Assembly (NCBI GenBank): GCA_963740725.1
Contig: CAVUFT010000021.1
Span: forward strand, 18,172 to 82,171
DNA length: 64,000 bases
Reading direction: 5' to 3'
Source: an uncultured Actinomycetota bacterium
GTDB lineage: Bacteria > Actinomycetota > Actinomycetes > Propionibacteriales > Kribbellaceae
Shown: positions 38,717 to 48,652 of the stretch, one piece after another
Layout: each line of letters starts with the position of its first letter
Position numbering within the stretch: position 1 is the stretch's first letter
Notes under the pieces: generated by a model
Told to the model about the DNA's origin: nothing
The model's input: the letters and a program-made list of their open reading frames with translations, nothing else
The model's database searches: none
Program-made: the position numbers and the translations under genes

Positions 38717-41579
38717 TCAAAGGCCGGAGCACTGGCCCGACTTCGGGCCGGCTACGGCGTTGGGGTGGCCGGCGTTGGTGGGTGCGGGGGAGTTGCCGGT
38801 GCAGCTCAGCGGGCCGCTGATGTGGTTGCCGGAGACGATCGTCGAGCCGGTGTTGTTCCGTACTGCGAGGGGTCCGGCGATGGTGCTGCCGTCGATCGTC
38901 ACCTGCCCCGTCGAACCGGTGACGGTCACCGGACCCTGGATCGTCGCGGCCGCGCACTCGCCGTTGCCCAGCCAGATCCGGCTTGCACCCGTCACGGTTA
39001 CTGGTCCCGAGACCGTCGTGCCGCAGAGCAGAAGGCTTCCGTACGCCGTGACCGGGCCGCGGAACTCTGACCCGGATGCGGAGAGGCCGGCGCCCGCAGC
39101 GACAGTCACCGGTCCCGAGACAGTCGCGCCGTCGAAGCACGCGACGCCCGAGGACACGGTCAACGGGCCCTGGTGCGTCCCGGTGAGCATCGTCGTACAG
39201 GCTGGGACGCCGGTCGCCACGAACGGCACGACCGTCGAAGCGCCTTGGCGGGTGTAGGTGACCGTCCCGTGGTAGGTCCCGTCGGCCGGGTAGGTGTGGC
39301 TGCCGTTGACCGTCATCAGGCTTCGGCCCTGGCGTTGGCTCGCCACGTAGTCGCGGGCTGCGATCACCCCGGCCGTCGTCGGTGAACCGTCGCCCCAGTC
39401 GATCGTGGCGGTGTACTCACCCGGCGGGGTCGAACCAGCGGCCAGACGTCCCAGCGGTGCGTCGGTGACGGTTCTGTCCACACCGAGGCGGGCGATGGTC
39501 CCCATTGCCGAGGGACTCCAGGTGACCTGCGCGATGGAGCCGTAGTTCACACCTGCGAAGGCCCAGCGAGGTCCGGCGACGCTGAGCCGTTGGCGATAGG
39601 CGTCGTAGTCCTGGGTGAGCACCTTGGGCGACCAGGCCTTCTCCAGGATCCCGGCCAGCCGCGGGAAGACCATGAACTCGTTGTTGGCCAGTCCACGCAT
39701 CTGCTCGCCCCAGATCGGCGCCTCGATGCCGATGATGTCCTCGGCCTTCGGCCCGCCGTACGCCGGTTGTGCCCAGACCGAACGGTACTTCTCGTACACC
39801 CACTCCGGGTCCCACGTGTAGGCCTTGTCGAGCTCGGTTCGCGGCGTGCGGCCCGGCGACCCGTCGTACCCGAAGTCGAGGTAGGCGTTCCACTCCGGGG
39901 TGGTGATGACGCTGCGGTGCTGGTTGAACCACTCGGGCTTGATCAGCGGCGGGCCGCCGCCGGTGTAGTCGGACCAGTAGTGGTTGATGGACGTCGAGCC
40001 GGGCGCGTAGCCCTCGAGTGCAGGGTTCCAGCCCATCAGTCGCTTGCCGGCGCCGTCGACGATGGCTCTCCATCTGGCCGATCCACCACTTGTAGTCCTC
40101 GTGCGGCATGCCGATGGCCTCGTCGCCGCCGATGTGGATGATCGGTGCGGGAGAGATCGCGGCGAGTTGGGCGATCGCGTCCCGCCAGAAGGCGAGCGCT
40201 CGCTCGCTCGCAGGGTCGTTCGGGTTGGTGCAGAAGCGGTCGACCTGGGTCTGGCCCTGGCAACCCATGACCGCGACACCGCCGAGGGATCTGACCGCTG
40301 CATTGGCGTGGGCCGGGCCCTCGAGTTCGGGAACGATCTCGATGAATCGGTCGGCGGCGTACTTGACCAGACCCTTGAAGTCCTCTTGCGTGTAGAAGCC
40401 CGCGATACAGGCCGCGCCGTTGCATCCCGTGCCGTCCAGTGCCGGGTAGCCCTTGATCTCCAGGCGCCAGGACTGGGAGTCGCTCAGGTGCAGGTGGAGC
40501 CGGTTGCCCTTGAGCGCCGCCAGTTGGTCGATCATGGACCGGATCTCGGCGACGGTCAGGAAGTTGCGGGCAGGATCGAGCTGCAGCCCTCGATGCGGAT
40601 AGCGCGGGTAGTCGAGGACCGTGATCGGCTGTGCCGTCCAGGGTCCTACGCCGGCGACCTGGGAGTTGATTGCTGCGGGCAACAACTGCCGCAGGCTCTC
40701 GAAGCCGTTGAACAGGCCGTGTGTCTGCGGCGCGACGATCTTGGCGCCCGCACTCGAGACGCTCAGCTCGTAGCCCTCGTCTGCGTTGGCCGCTGGGAGA
40801 CCGGCCACCGACCCCAGGGTCAGTGCGATGTCATCCTGCGTTGCGGAACCTGTCGCGACCGGGATGACGAACCCGGTGGCGGGTCGCAGATAGCCGGCGA
40901 GGACCTCAGCCGTGGCGGTGAGCGCGCTGCTGGAAACGACGATCCTGGACTTGCCCGTGAGCTGCCACGGCGTACCGGTGCCGGGCGTCTGCTGCACCGG
41001 CACGGGAATGATCTGACCCACGACCGGCGGCGGCTTGGGGCCGGACCAGAGCTCGAACTCGTTGAGCGTGTAGCCGACGGTGGAGGTCGTAGCCAGGCCT
41101 TGCATCCGGACACAGGTGACCGGGTCCTGCCGATCGATGACCTGGGAATCCTTGTCGGCCGGATTCACCACGTGCGTGACCGTCGACCAGGTCTGGCAGT
41201 CGGTGTCCGTCGAGACCTGCAGTTCGTACTCCGACGGCTTGGCCGGCGAGGTCCAGCGGCTGAACACCTCGTAGACCGGAGCAGGCGTCGCCAGCTTGAC
41301 CTGGAACCAGTCCTGGGCCGGGTCGTACCCGTTGCCGTAGTTCGAGGTCCAGCCGTTGTGCACGAACACGTCGGTCGCGTTGGCCGGCGCGTACGTCGCG
41401 GCCGGCGCCGTCGTCCGTTGCGACTTCGCGGACGCGACCGCGCCCGGCAGCAAGGCGAGGTTGACACTCTCGGCGGCCTCAGCGGCCGTCTTCGATGCGC
41501 CCGCGGAAGCCTGTCCCACACCCAGCGGAACCAGAACGGCCACCACAAGCCCACCAACAGTCAGGGCGGAGATTCTCAC
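38717..41579 (-). CDS. Secreted GH20 beta-N-acetylhexosaminidase with N-terminal F5/8-type module and C-terminal PKD-like and repeat domains, frameshift near 40065
   Basis: DYPRYPHRGLQLDPARNF, LHLHLSDSQSWR, PELEGPAH, HIGGDE, GIEAPIWGE, FPRL and IDWGDG. Confidence 0.88.
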
Positions 41580-41689
41580 GTCACTCCTTACCGATGCAGG
41601 GCGGTCTCACACAGCCCCGACGAGCCCGCGTCAACAATTTTCGCGCCCCACCCCCAACTGGTGCAATACCAACCTAGGTCCTGTTCGAC

Positions 41690-42167
41690 AGCGAACTACG
41701 GTGGTGCCGGTGCGGTGCGAGAAGAACTTGGAGAAGTTGGCGGCGTCGTCGAAGCCGAGGCGCTCGGAGATCTCGACGATCGGTACGGTTTCGTGGATCA
41801 GCAGGCGTTTGGCTTCGAGGATGACGCGACGGTCGATGAGCTCCTTGGCCGTGGTCCCTGCGTGGGTCCGGGCGAGCCGGTTCAGGGTGCGCTCGGAGTA
41901 GCCGAGACGCCGGGCATAGCCGGCAACGCTGCGTTCCCGGTGAAACGACCTCTCGATCTCCTCCTCGAACCAGCTGAAGACCTCGTTCCGGGAACCCAGC
42001 GGACTACTGCCCGCCGGGCTGCTCCCTGCCAGCACGAGAAGTGTCGTCAGTACTGCGTGCGCGAGCGCCTGATCTCGCGCTTCCGGGTCGAGGGCGACCG
42101 GGCCTCGCAGCCGTAGCGCGCTCTCGGCCGTCGCTCTGAACGATTCGTCGAGCAGGCTGCCGGGCAT
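41690..42167 (-). pseudogene. AraC-family regulator remnant (both ends missing)
   Basis: SVAGYARRLGYSERTLNR...EAKRLL...LGFDDAANFSKFF; no N-terminal domain, and the sequence drifts after HRTGTT. Confidence 0.7.
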
Positions 42168-42440
42168 GTCAGAGCCCGGCACCTGTCGCAGGATCGCTGC
42201 GCAGCTAGGCCTTGACAGCGATCTGGTCGTCACGGCGTACGGCGAAGCGGCAACGACCTCAGCTGCCGAGTACGACTTCCGGCGGGCCCGGTCGCTCGGC
42301 GTATCCAGCTTTCCCACCGTGCTCGTCCACCTGCCGGGTGGCCGGCTCGGCCATCTCGGCGGACCGACGAGCACCGCAGCCCAACTCGGCACAGCTCTCG
42401 CCGACTTCCAGCAACTCGCCACCCTCTCATCGAAGGAACA
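42166..42440 (+). pseudogene. C-terminal fragment of a DsbA-family protein
   Basis: DFRRARSLGVSSFPTV resembles a DsbA C-terminus; no CxxC N-terminus present. Confidence 0.55.
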
Positions 42441-42444
42441 GACA

Positions 42445-43080
42445 ATGTCTGACCTGAACTACACCGTCCTCGACTTCGCGGACTCCTCCCTGAACAAGAC
42501 CTCGGTCCTGGTGACCGGCGAGCACGACGCTGTTGTCGTCGATGCCGCTTTCACCCGCGCCGACGGTCACCGCATCGTCGCCGCCGTCCTGGACGCGGGC
42601 AAGACACTGCGAACGGTGGTCGTGAGCGGTGGCGACCCGGACTTCTACTTCGGTGCCGAAGTGATCGCCGACGCATTTCCCGAGGCGGCTTTCGTCGCTC
42701 CGGCCGACGTGATCGAACACATCGCCCACAGCTACGAAGGCAAGCTCGAGGCCTGGGCACATTCGACGGGCTGCACGTGTGGACCGCCGACAGCCCGACC
42801 CCGGCCGACCGCGCTGACTGGCTCACGGCTCTCGACACTCTCGAGTCGCTCGAGCCCACCTTCGTGGTCGCCGGACACCGTGCGACCGGCGCGCCGACCG
42901 ACCTGTCCGCGATCCACCACACCCCGCGGCTACCTCCGCCTCTTCGAGGAGACCGTCGCCGCGGCGGCCGACGCCGCTCAGGCCACGGAGAAGCTGCTCG
43001 CCGCCTACCCGGATGCCGGGCTGGTCATTGCCGCCGAGCTGGGCACCAAGGTCGCCAAGGGAGAACTGACATGGGGCTGA
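42445..43080 (+). pseudogene. MBL-fold metallo-hydrolase with internal deletion and frameshifts
   Basis: SVLVTGEHDAVVVDA and GDPDFYFG, then a jump from EAWAH to FDGLHVWTAD; VVAGH; KVAKGELTW. Confidence 0.7.
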
Positions 43081-43378
43081 TCGACGCCACCGGCAGCGCG
43101 CCGGCGGACGTCGTACGCCGCCAGTACCTCGCATCGGCCGCTGGTGATCTGGAAGCACTCCGCGCAACCTTGGCCCCCGACGTGGAGTGGACCGAGATGG
43201 CGGGCTTTCCCCTCGCGGGCACCTACCGGACGCCGGCAGGTGTCACCGCCGGCGTCATGGAGCAACTCGCCAAGGAGTGGGCCAACTGGGTCGCTCACGA
43301 CGACACCTACATCGTCGACGGCGAGAACGTCGTCGTCCTGGCCCGCTACACCGCGGAGAATCTGGCCACTGACGCATC
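43071..43378 (+). pseudogene. SnoaL/NTF2-like protein, 3'-truncated
   Basis: LAPDVEWTEMAGFPLAGTY...VVVLARY; homology stops abruptly at the convergent gene's stop. Confidence 0.7.
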
Positions 43379-44348
43379 AGTCGAGTGGGGCGGGGGATTC
43401 GGCGTGGGGGATGAGGAGGGTGGGGTGGCCGGTGCCGTTGGCGGGGGTGGTCCAGATGTCGGCGTCGGCGGGGCCGTGGGGGAGGGCGTAGGCGATGGTG
43501 GTGGGGTCTAGCCAGGCCGGTTGGTCGTCGACGGAGCGGGTTTCTGCCAAAGGGGTTCTGGCGCCGGTGGTCAGGTTCAGGACGGTGAGGCGCCAGCCCT
43601 TGGTGGGGTTGGCGTCGATGGCGGACTTGAAGGCGATCTGGTGGCCGTCGGGGGAGAGGGACGGGCATTCGACGTTCTCGGCGATGGTGTGCACGGTCTT
43701 GGCGGCGATGTCGCCTTCGACCAGGTAGCGGTGGCCGGCGGTGGACATGGTCGCGTAGAAGTGGTTGTCGTCGGCGGTGAAGGTGATCCCCCAGAAGTTG
43801 AGGTCGGCGGCCTGATAGGGATGGCCGTTCAGGGTCACCGAGAGGAACTCCAGCGAGTCGACCATGTCTTGCGTCTGAAGGTCGATCAGTCCGGCGCGGG
43901 TGGAGAACCGGCCTTTGTTGTAGGAGTCGCCGGCGACGAACACGGTCCATGCAGCCATGCGACCGTCCGCTGAGACTCGGGTGCGGTTCGGTACGCCGAC
44001 TAGCGGGATCGCCTTCTGGACTTGAAGATTCTTGTCCAGGAACGCGATCTGGTACGTCGCCAGCGCCCCGTCCTGCCGCAAACACGTGCCGGTGCCGCCG
44101 GCCGCATAGACCCGCAAGCAGGTCAACCCCGACACAGAACGGGGGCCGCTTGGGTCGTCCTTGGCGACCAAGGCGAGACGTCCCCTGCTATCTGGCGCCG
44201 TACTACGGAACATGATGCGCGGACCGGTCAGGCTCAGCCCGTCGGCGGCCACCGGCGTACGGTCGACCGCGGTGAAGATGCTGTAGGTGACCGCGACCCC
44301 GGCCAGCAGGATGGCTCCGAGGATCGCGACGAGGAGTCGTCGCGTCAT
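43377..44348 (-). CDS. TolB-like beta-propeller exported protein
   Basis: N-terminal signal/TM; RVSADG, NFWGITF, NVECPSLSPDG and RSVDDQPAW. Confidence 0.8.
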   Translation of the reverse strand: MTRRLLVAILGAILLAGVAVTYSIFTAVDRTPVAADGLSLTGPRIMFRSTAPDSRGRLALVAKDDPSGPRSVSGLTCLRVYAAGGTGTCLRQDGALATYQIAFLDKNLQVQKAIPLVGVPNRTRVSADGRMAAWTVFVAGDSYNKGRFSTRAGLIDLQTQDMVDSLEFLSVTLNGHPYQAADLNFWGITFTADDNHFYATMSTAGHRYLVEGDIAAKTVHTIAENVECPSLSPDGHQIAFKSAIDANPTKGWRLTVLNLTTGARTPLAETRSVDDQPAWLDPTTIAYALPHGPADADIWTTPANGTGHPTLLIPHAESPAPLD

Positions 44349-45580
44349 GATGGCTCCCTGGAGATCCCGCGGAGCAGCAGGGCGATCAGGAATGCGGCTG
44401 CAACGGCCAGAACAGCGGCGATCCGGCTTGCGCTCGCCGGGCCCCACAGCGTCCAGGCCAGCCCGAAAAGGATCGACGATCCGACATACGACAGTGCCTG
44501 GCCGGTCTGGATCAGCGCGATCCCCGTAGTACGGAAGGCTTCAGGAAGCAGGGGCCCGGCCAAGGCCATCAGTACGCCGTCCGTGGATGCGTAGAACAGG
44601 CCGTAGAGACCCAGTACTACGACCAGCAACGGCCAGCCGCCCAATGGTCCGAACAGCAGCAGGTACACCAGCACCAGCGCGGTGTAGCCGCCGAGGACGA
44701 CCTTCAGCCGACCGATCTTGTCCGCCAGCACACCCAGAGGAGCAGCGAGCAGTAGATACGACAGGTTGGTTCCTACAGCCAGCAAGGGGAACCAGCCGAT
44801 GCTGAGGTCTTCTCGTCGCTGCAGGAGCAGGTAGACGAAGCCGTCGCCGATCGTCACCATCCCGGCGATACACGCGGCGAGCACCAACCGTCGTACCGGC
44901 CGTCGACGCAGCAGATCACGCAGCGCCGAGGGAGCGACCGTGTTCTCCGCCGGCTGTCTGTCGCGGTGGTCGCGCACGAAGAGCACCAGGAGCAGTACGC
45001 CGAACGCCGCGATGCAGAAGCTGGCGACGAAGACCGCGTCGTACGCCTGCGCAGTCGCAGCCAAGATGCCGACGGCAACCAACGGCCCGGCGAACGCGCC
45101 GATCGTGTCCATCATCCGGTGCACACCGAAGGCGCGACCGTAATGCTGCGGCGGCGTCGACAGCGTGATCAGCGCGTCGCGCGGAGCCGTCCGGAGGCCC
45201 TTGCCGGTGCGATCGAACGCGATCACCGCGCCGATCGCGCCGACCGAACTCCCGGCGGCGAGCAGTCCGAGCTTCGCCACCGCCGAGAGTCCGTAACCGA
45301 AGCCTGCAACGGCTTTGCGACGCCGCGACCGGTCCGCGACGTACCCGCCGACGAGCCGCAGCAGCGCGGTCGCGCCGGTGTACGTGCCGTCGACCACGCC
45401 GTACAGAGCAGGGCTCAGGTGCAGGCCGATCATCAGGTACACCGGCAGGATCGCGGTCACCATCTCCGACGAGATATCGGTGACCAGGCTGACGGCACCG
45501 AGCGCGAAGACGTTGCCGCTGACCAGGAACAAGGCACGGCCGCGTGCGTCTCGAGGGCGGTCGATCGTGGACAAGTACAC
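44345..45580 (-). CDS. MFS transporter
   Basis: DISSEM, DRTGKGLRTAPRDA, AFGVHRMMDTIG and LADKIGR. Confidence 0.9.
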   Translation of the reverse strand: MYLSTIDRPRDARGRALFLVSGNVFALGAVSLVTDISSEMVTAILPVYLMIGLHLSPALYGVVDGTYTGATALLRLVGGYVADRSRRRKAVAGFGYGLSAVAKLGLLAAGSSVGAIGAVIAFDRTGKGLRTAPRDALITLSTPPQHYGRAFGVHRMMDTIGAFAGPLVAVGILAATAQAYDAVFVASFCIAAFGVLLLVLFVRDHRDRQPAENTVAPSALRDLLRRRPVRRLVLAACIAGMVTIGDGFVYLLLQRREDLSIGWFPLLAVGTNLSYLLLAAPLGVLADKIGRLKVVLGGYTALVLVYLLLFGPLGGWPLLVVVLGLYGLFYASTDGVLMALAGPLLPEAFRTTGIALIQTGQALSYVGSSILFGLAWTLWGPASASRIAAVLAVAAAFLIALLLRGISREPS

Positions 45581-45607
45581 CGGCGTCGCCTCCAGGGCGG
45601 GAGGAGG

Positions 45608-46459
45608 TCAGTTCCAGACGTTGGTGATCTCCGCTGCCGAATTCAGGTGAGGCAAGCCGTACGAGCTCTCGATGGTGCTGAGCACGTTGTAGTGGTTGAT
45701 CTGGTTGGAGAACGTGCCGACCTGGGTGTGCGCGCCGACGAAAGCGGTGTAGATGTGGTTCGAGGAACTGCCGTTGTCCTCGTCGAAGGTGATCACGAGC
45801 AGGCTGTTGTGCGTCTTCGCCCAGGTCGCGTACGCCGTGAGGTTGTTCTTCAGCCAGGTGTCACCGGTGCCGACCGAGCAGTCGTGCATGTCGTTGCACA
45901 TGTTCGGCGTCACGAACGAGACGGTCGGCAGGCTGGCGTAGTTCGCCGAGCTGGGGAAGGTGCTGTAGCGGAGGTTGCTCGCCGCCGGCACGTTGCTGAA
46001 GTCGACCCAGCTGTTGTGCTTGCGCCGGTAAGTGCCGCTCGAACAGCCCGTGTAGCCGTCCGAGGGCATGCTCTCGGAGTACCCCTTGAAGGTCTTCCCG
46101 GCCGCGATCAGCTGCTTGCCGAGGTTGTCGCCGCTATACGTGTGCGGGCAGCTGTCGTCGGTCAGGCCCTGCGTCGAGCCGGAGAAGATCGCCAGGTAGT
46201 TCGGCTGGCTCGGGTGCGTGACGCCGTACGCCTGGGTGAACTTCGCACCCTGACCGGCCAGGCTGTTGAAGGTCGGCGCACTGGAGCTGCCGTTGATCTG
46301 CGAATAGGCGTGATTCTCGAACATCACCAGGACGATGTGGTCGAACGCCGGCACTGCCGCCACTGCTTGCGCACTGGTCGACCTGCCCGCGATCGCCACG
46401 ACCGATGCGGCGACAACCGCCACCGCTACAGCAATCCCCGCAACGCGTTTCCGGATCAC
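45608..46459 (-). CDS. Secreted phosphoesterase/acid phosphatase
   Basis: Signal peptide; HIVLVMFENH, THPSQPNYLA, RKHN, NDMHD and TFDED. Confidence 0.88.
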   Translation of the reverse strand: MIRKRVAGIAVAVAVVAASVVAIAGRSTSAQAVAAVPAFDHIVLVMFENHAYSQINGSSSAPTFNSLAGQGAKFTQAYGVTHPSQPNYLAIFSGSTQGLTDDSCPHTYSGDNLGKQLIAAGKTFKGYSESMPSDGYTGCSSGTYRRKHNSWVDFSNVPAASNLRYSTFPSSANYASLPTVSFVTPNMCNDMHDCSVGTGDTWLKNNLTAYATWAKTHNSLLVITFDEDNGSSSNHIYTAFVGAHTQVGTFSNQINHYNVLSTIESSYGLPHLNSAAEITNVWN

Positions 46460-46599
46460 GACGCCTCCTCACTGGATCGCCCTGGCGGCCCCAGGACCGT
46501 CACCTATCGTGGGAGTGACGGCCCTTCATCACCAGTCCCAGCAGATGTGCGAAAGGTGAACAGACCGTCACTTCCCGACGACGTTGAGTGAGACTACCC

Positions 46600-48471
46600 T
46601 CAGTTGTACGTTGCCGTCACGTGGTAGACCCGGCCGCCCCAGCCGTCGTCGGGGAACGAGTCGGCGATCCGGACATAGCCGGCCTTGTCGGGTCCGAGGT
46701 AGGGCGTGAGGTCGAACGTCCTCGCGGCCTTGTTCTCCCCGTCGTGGATCTGCTGCGTCTCGGTCGCGACCGTGGTCCACTGCTGCCCGTCACCGCTGAC
46801 CTGTACGACGTACTCGTTGTCGATCGTGATTGTCGCGGCAGCCGTCGTGGTTCCAGCCGGGAACGGGAAGCGGTAGACGAAGTACGAATGCCCGTCGGCG
46901 AACCGGTTCTGCACCCCGTTGCTCTGCGACCCGTCCGCATCCCACAGCCACGGCGTCTCGGCCGCCGTGCCGGTGTCGAAGTCGGCGGTGTGCGTGACGA
47001 GCATGTCGGACCGGGTACTGAATGACAGTTGCGATCCGGACGTCGCCGTCGCAGTCACCGAGTAGCGGCCGTCCGGCGTACCGGCTGGAATCGTCACGTC
47101 GAGCTGCACTGACGAGTGCACCGGTACTGCGTTGCCGTGCGGGCGGAGGGTCACGTTCGAGCGCGTCGGGGTGACGGTCCAACCGGACGGTGCGGCTGCC
47201 TTCACGGTGACCTGGAGCGGCTCGTATCCCGTCGCCTGCAGCTGGACGGTCAGCTTGACGTGGGTTGCGGCGCCGGTCGCCGGCATCACCACCGGCAGGG
47301 CCGGATTGGTTGTCGCGGACAACGAGCTGGTCGGCGGCGTGGCCGGTACTGCGGCGATGAGTGCGCTGAGGGCACTGGCCTGGGTGCGCCAGTCGAAGAC
47401 GTTCGGCTCGGCACCGGACCATCGCTCGCCCAGCCGGTCGGCCGCGTCCCGGTCGTCGTTCCAGACCTTGGCGGCCTGTTGCGTGACGAAGTTGGTATAG
47501 CGGGGATCACGGGTGGTGTCGGCGAGATCCATCCAGTAGCGCATGAAGATGCCCTTGAACTGCTTGCCGTTGTCGTCGCACGTGCGGCCAGGCGCATCGC
47601 AGTACTCGGTCAGGACCCCGTCGGTCACCAGTCCGCCGGGAGCGATCGAGGCGTCGGCCAACCGTCGTACGGTGGTCAGCAGTTTGGAGTCGTGAGTCGC
47701 TCGCCAGAGTTCGAGACCGGCGCCGATGGCGAGGCCCTGGTTGTAGCTCCAGACCGTGTCGCCGTTGCTCTGGCAGTCGTCCTTCAAGCCGTCATTGACC
47801 AGTCCGGCGGAGTTGATCATGCCGCTACCGAGGAGCCAACTCCAACCCTCCTTGGCGCGACCGAGCCAGTGCTTGTCGTTCGGCATCCGGTTGTGCAGCT
47901 CGGCGGTGAGGCGGATCCAGAGCCCGTTGGTGACGGCGTTCTTGTAGGTGCGTTCGCCGTTCCACCAGACGCCGCCACCACAGGTGCTCGGATCCCAGTA
48001 GCCCTCGACGTACTGCGCGATCGTGACCGCCATGTCGAGGTACTTGCGGTTCTTCGTCAGGTCGTACGCCTGGATCCAGGTCAGACCCCACCACTCGGAG
48101 TCGTCGATGGCGCGGCTGGTGAAGTTGCCGAGCAGCGGGTCACCGGACAAGTAGCCCGCCGGGAACACGCCCTTGTCCTTCTCGAACGTGTTGTCCAGCT
48201 GCGGCAGGTAGCGCCGGTCGCCGGTGCGTTCCATGTAGTCGCCGACGGTCTGCAGGGCGACGGCGGAGTTCCACCAACTCGACGGGAACCAGGCCTTGTT
48301 CGGCTCGTAGGAGCTCATCAGTACGTCGGCGGCGACGCGGGCGCGTGCGGTCGCGGTGGGACCCGCCGGAGTTTGAGCGGCGTCGGCGGTCGGTGCGGCG
48401 AGTGCGGCGGCAACCAGAATCGCTCCGGCCGTCAGGACACGCAGGGTTCGGGCAGCACGATTCACGATCAT
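46600..48471 (-). CDS. Secreted GH76 glycoside hydrolase with C-terminal accessory domains
   Basis: WWNSA, IDDSEWW catalytic DD, CGGGVWW, YKNAVTN, WSYNQG and FKGIFMRY; NEW3-like APSGWTV. Confidence 0.9.
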   Translation of the reverse strand: MIVNRAARTLRVLTAGAILVAAALAAPTADAAQTPAGPTATARARVAADVLMSSYEPNKAWFPSSWWNSAVALQTVGDYMERTGDRRYLPQLDNTFEKDKGVFPAGYLSGDPLLGNFTSRAIDDSEWWGLTWIQAYDLTKNRKYLDMAVTIAQYVEGYWDPSTCGGGVWWNGERTYKNAVTNGLWIRLTAELHNRMPNDKHWLGRAKEGWSWLLGSGMINSAGLVNDGLKDDCQSNGDTVWSYNQGLAIGAGLELWRATHDSKLLTTVRRLADASIAPGGLVTDGVLTEYCDAPGRTCDDNGKQFKGIFMRYWMDLADTTRDPRYTNFVTQQAAKVWNDDRDAADRLGERWSGAEPNVFDWRTQASALSALIAAVPATPPTSSLSATTNPALPVVMPATGAATHVKLTVQLQATGYEPLQVTVKAAAPSGWTVTPTRSNVTLRPHGNAVPVHSSVQLDVTIPAGTPDGRYSVTATATSGSQLSFSTRSDMLVTHTADFDTGTAAETPWLWDADGSQSNGVQNRFADGHSYFVYRFPFPAGTTTAAATITIDNEYVVQVSGDGQQWTTVATETQQIHDGENKAARTFDLTPYLGPDKAGYVRIADSFPDDGWGGRVYHVTATYN

Positions 48472-48512
48472 GGTCTCCTCGATTGCTTCGTGGCGGCTTG
48501 GCGGACCGAGGT

Positions 48513-48616
48513 TGGAAACGTTTCAGCCAGGTAACGAGCAGTATCGTCGTCGGAGCGGACAACGATGTCAATGGCTGCCCGCCGACGAAAACCAGGAGCC
48601 AGGCAGCGCTCTCACA
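48513..48616. promoter_or_regulatory. Two LacI-type operator-like sites in the divergent GH76/CehA region
   Basis: Palindrome GAAACGTTTC at 48515-48524 and GCAGCGCTCTCACA at 48603-48616. Confidence 0.5.
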
Positions 48617-48652
48617 ACTAGGCTGCAAGTTCGTCCACGACGAGGAGGTCCT

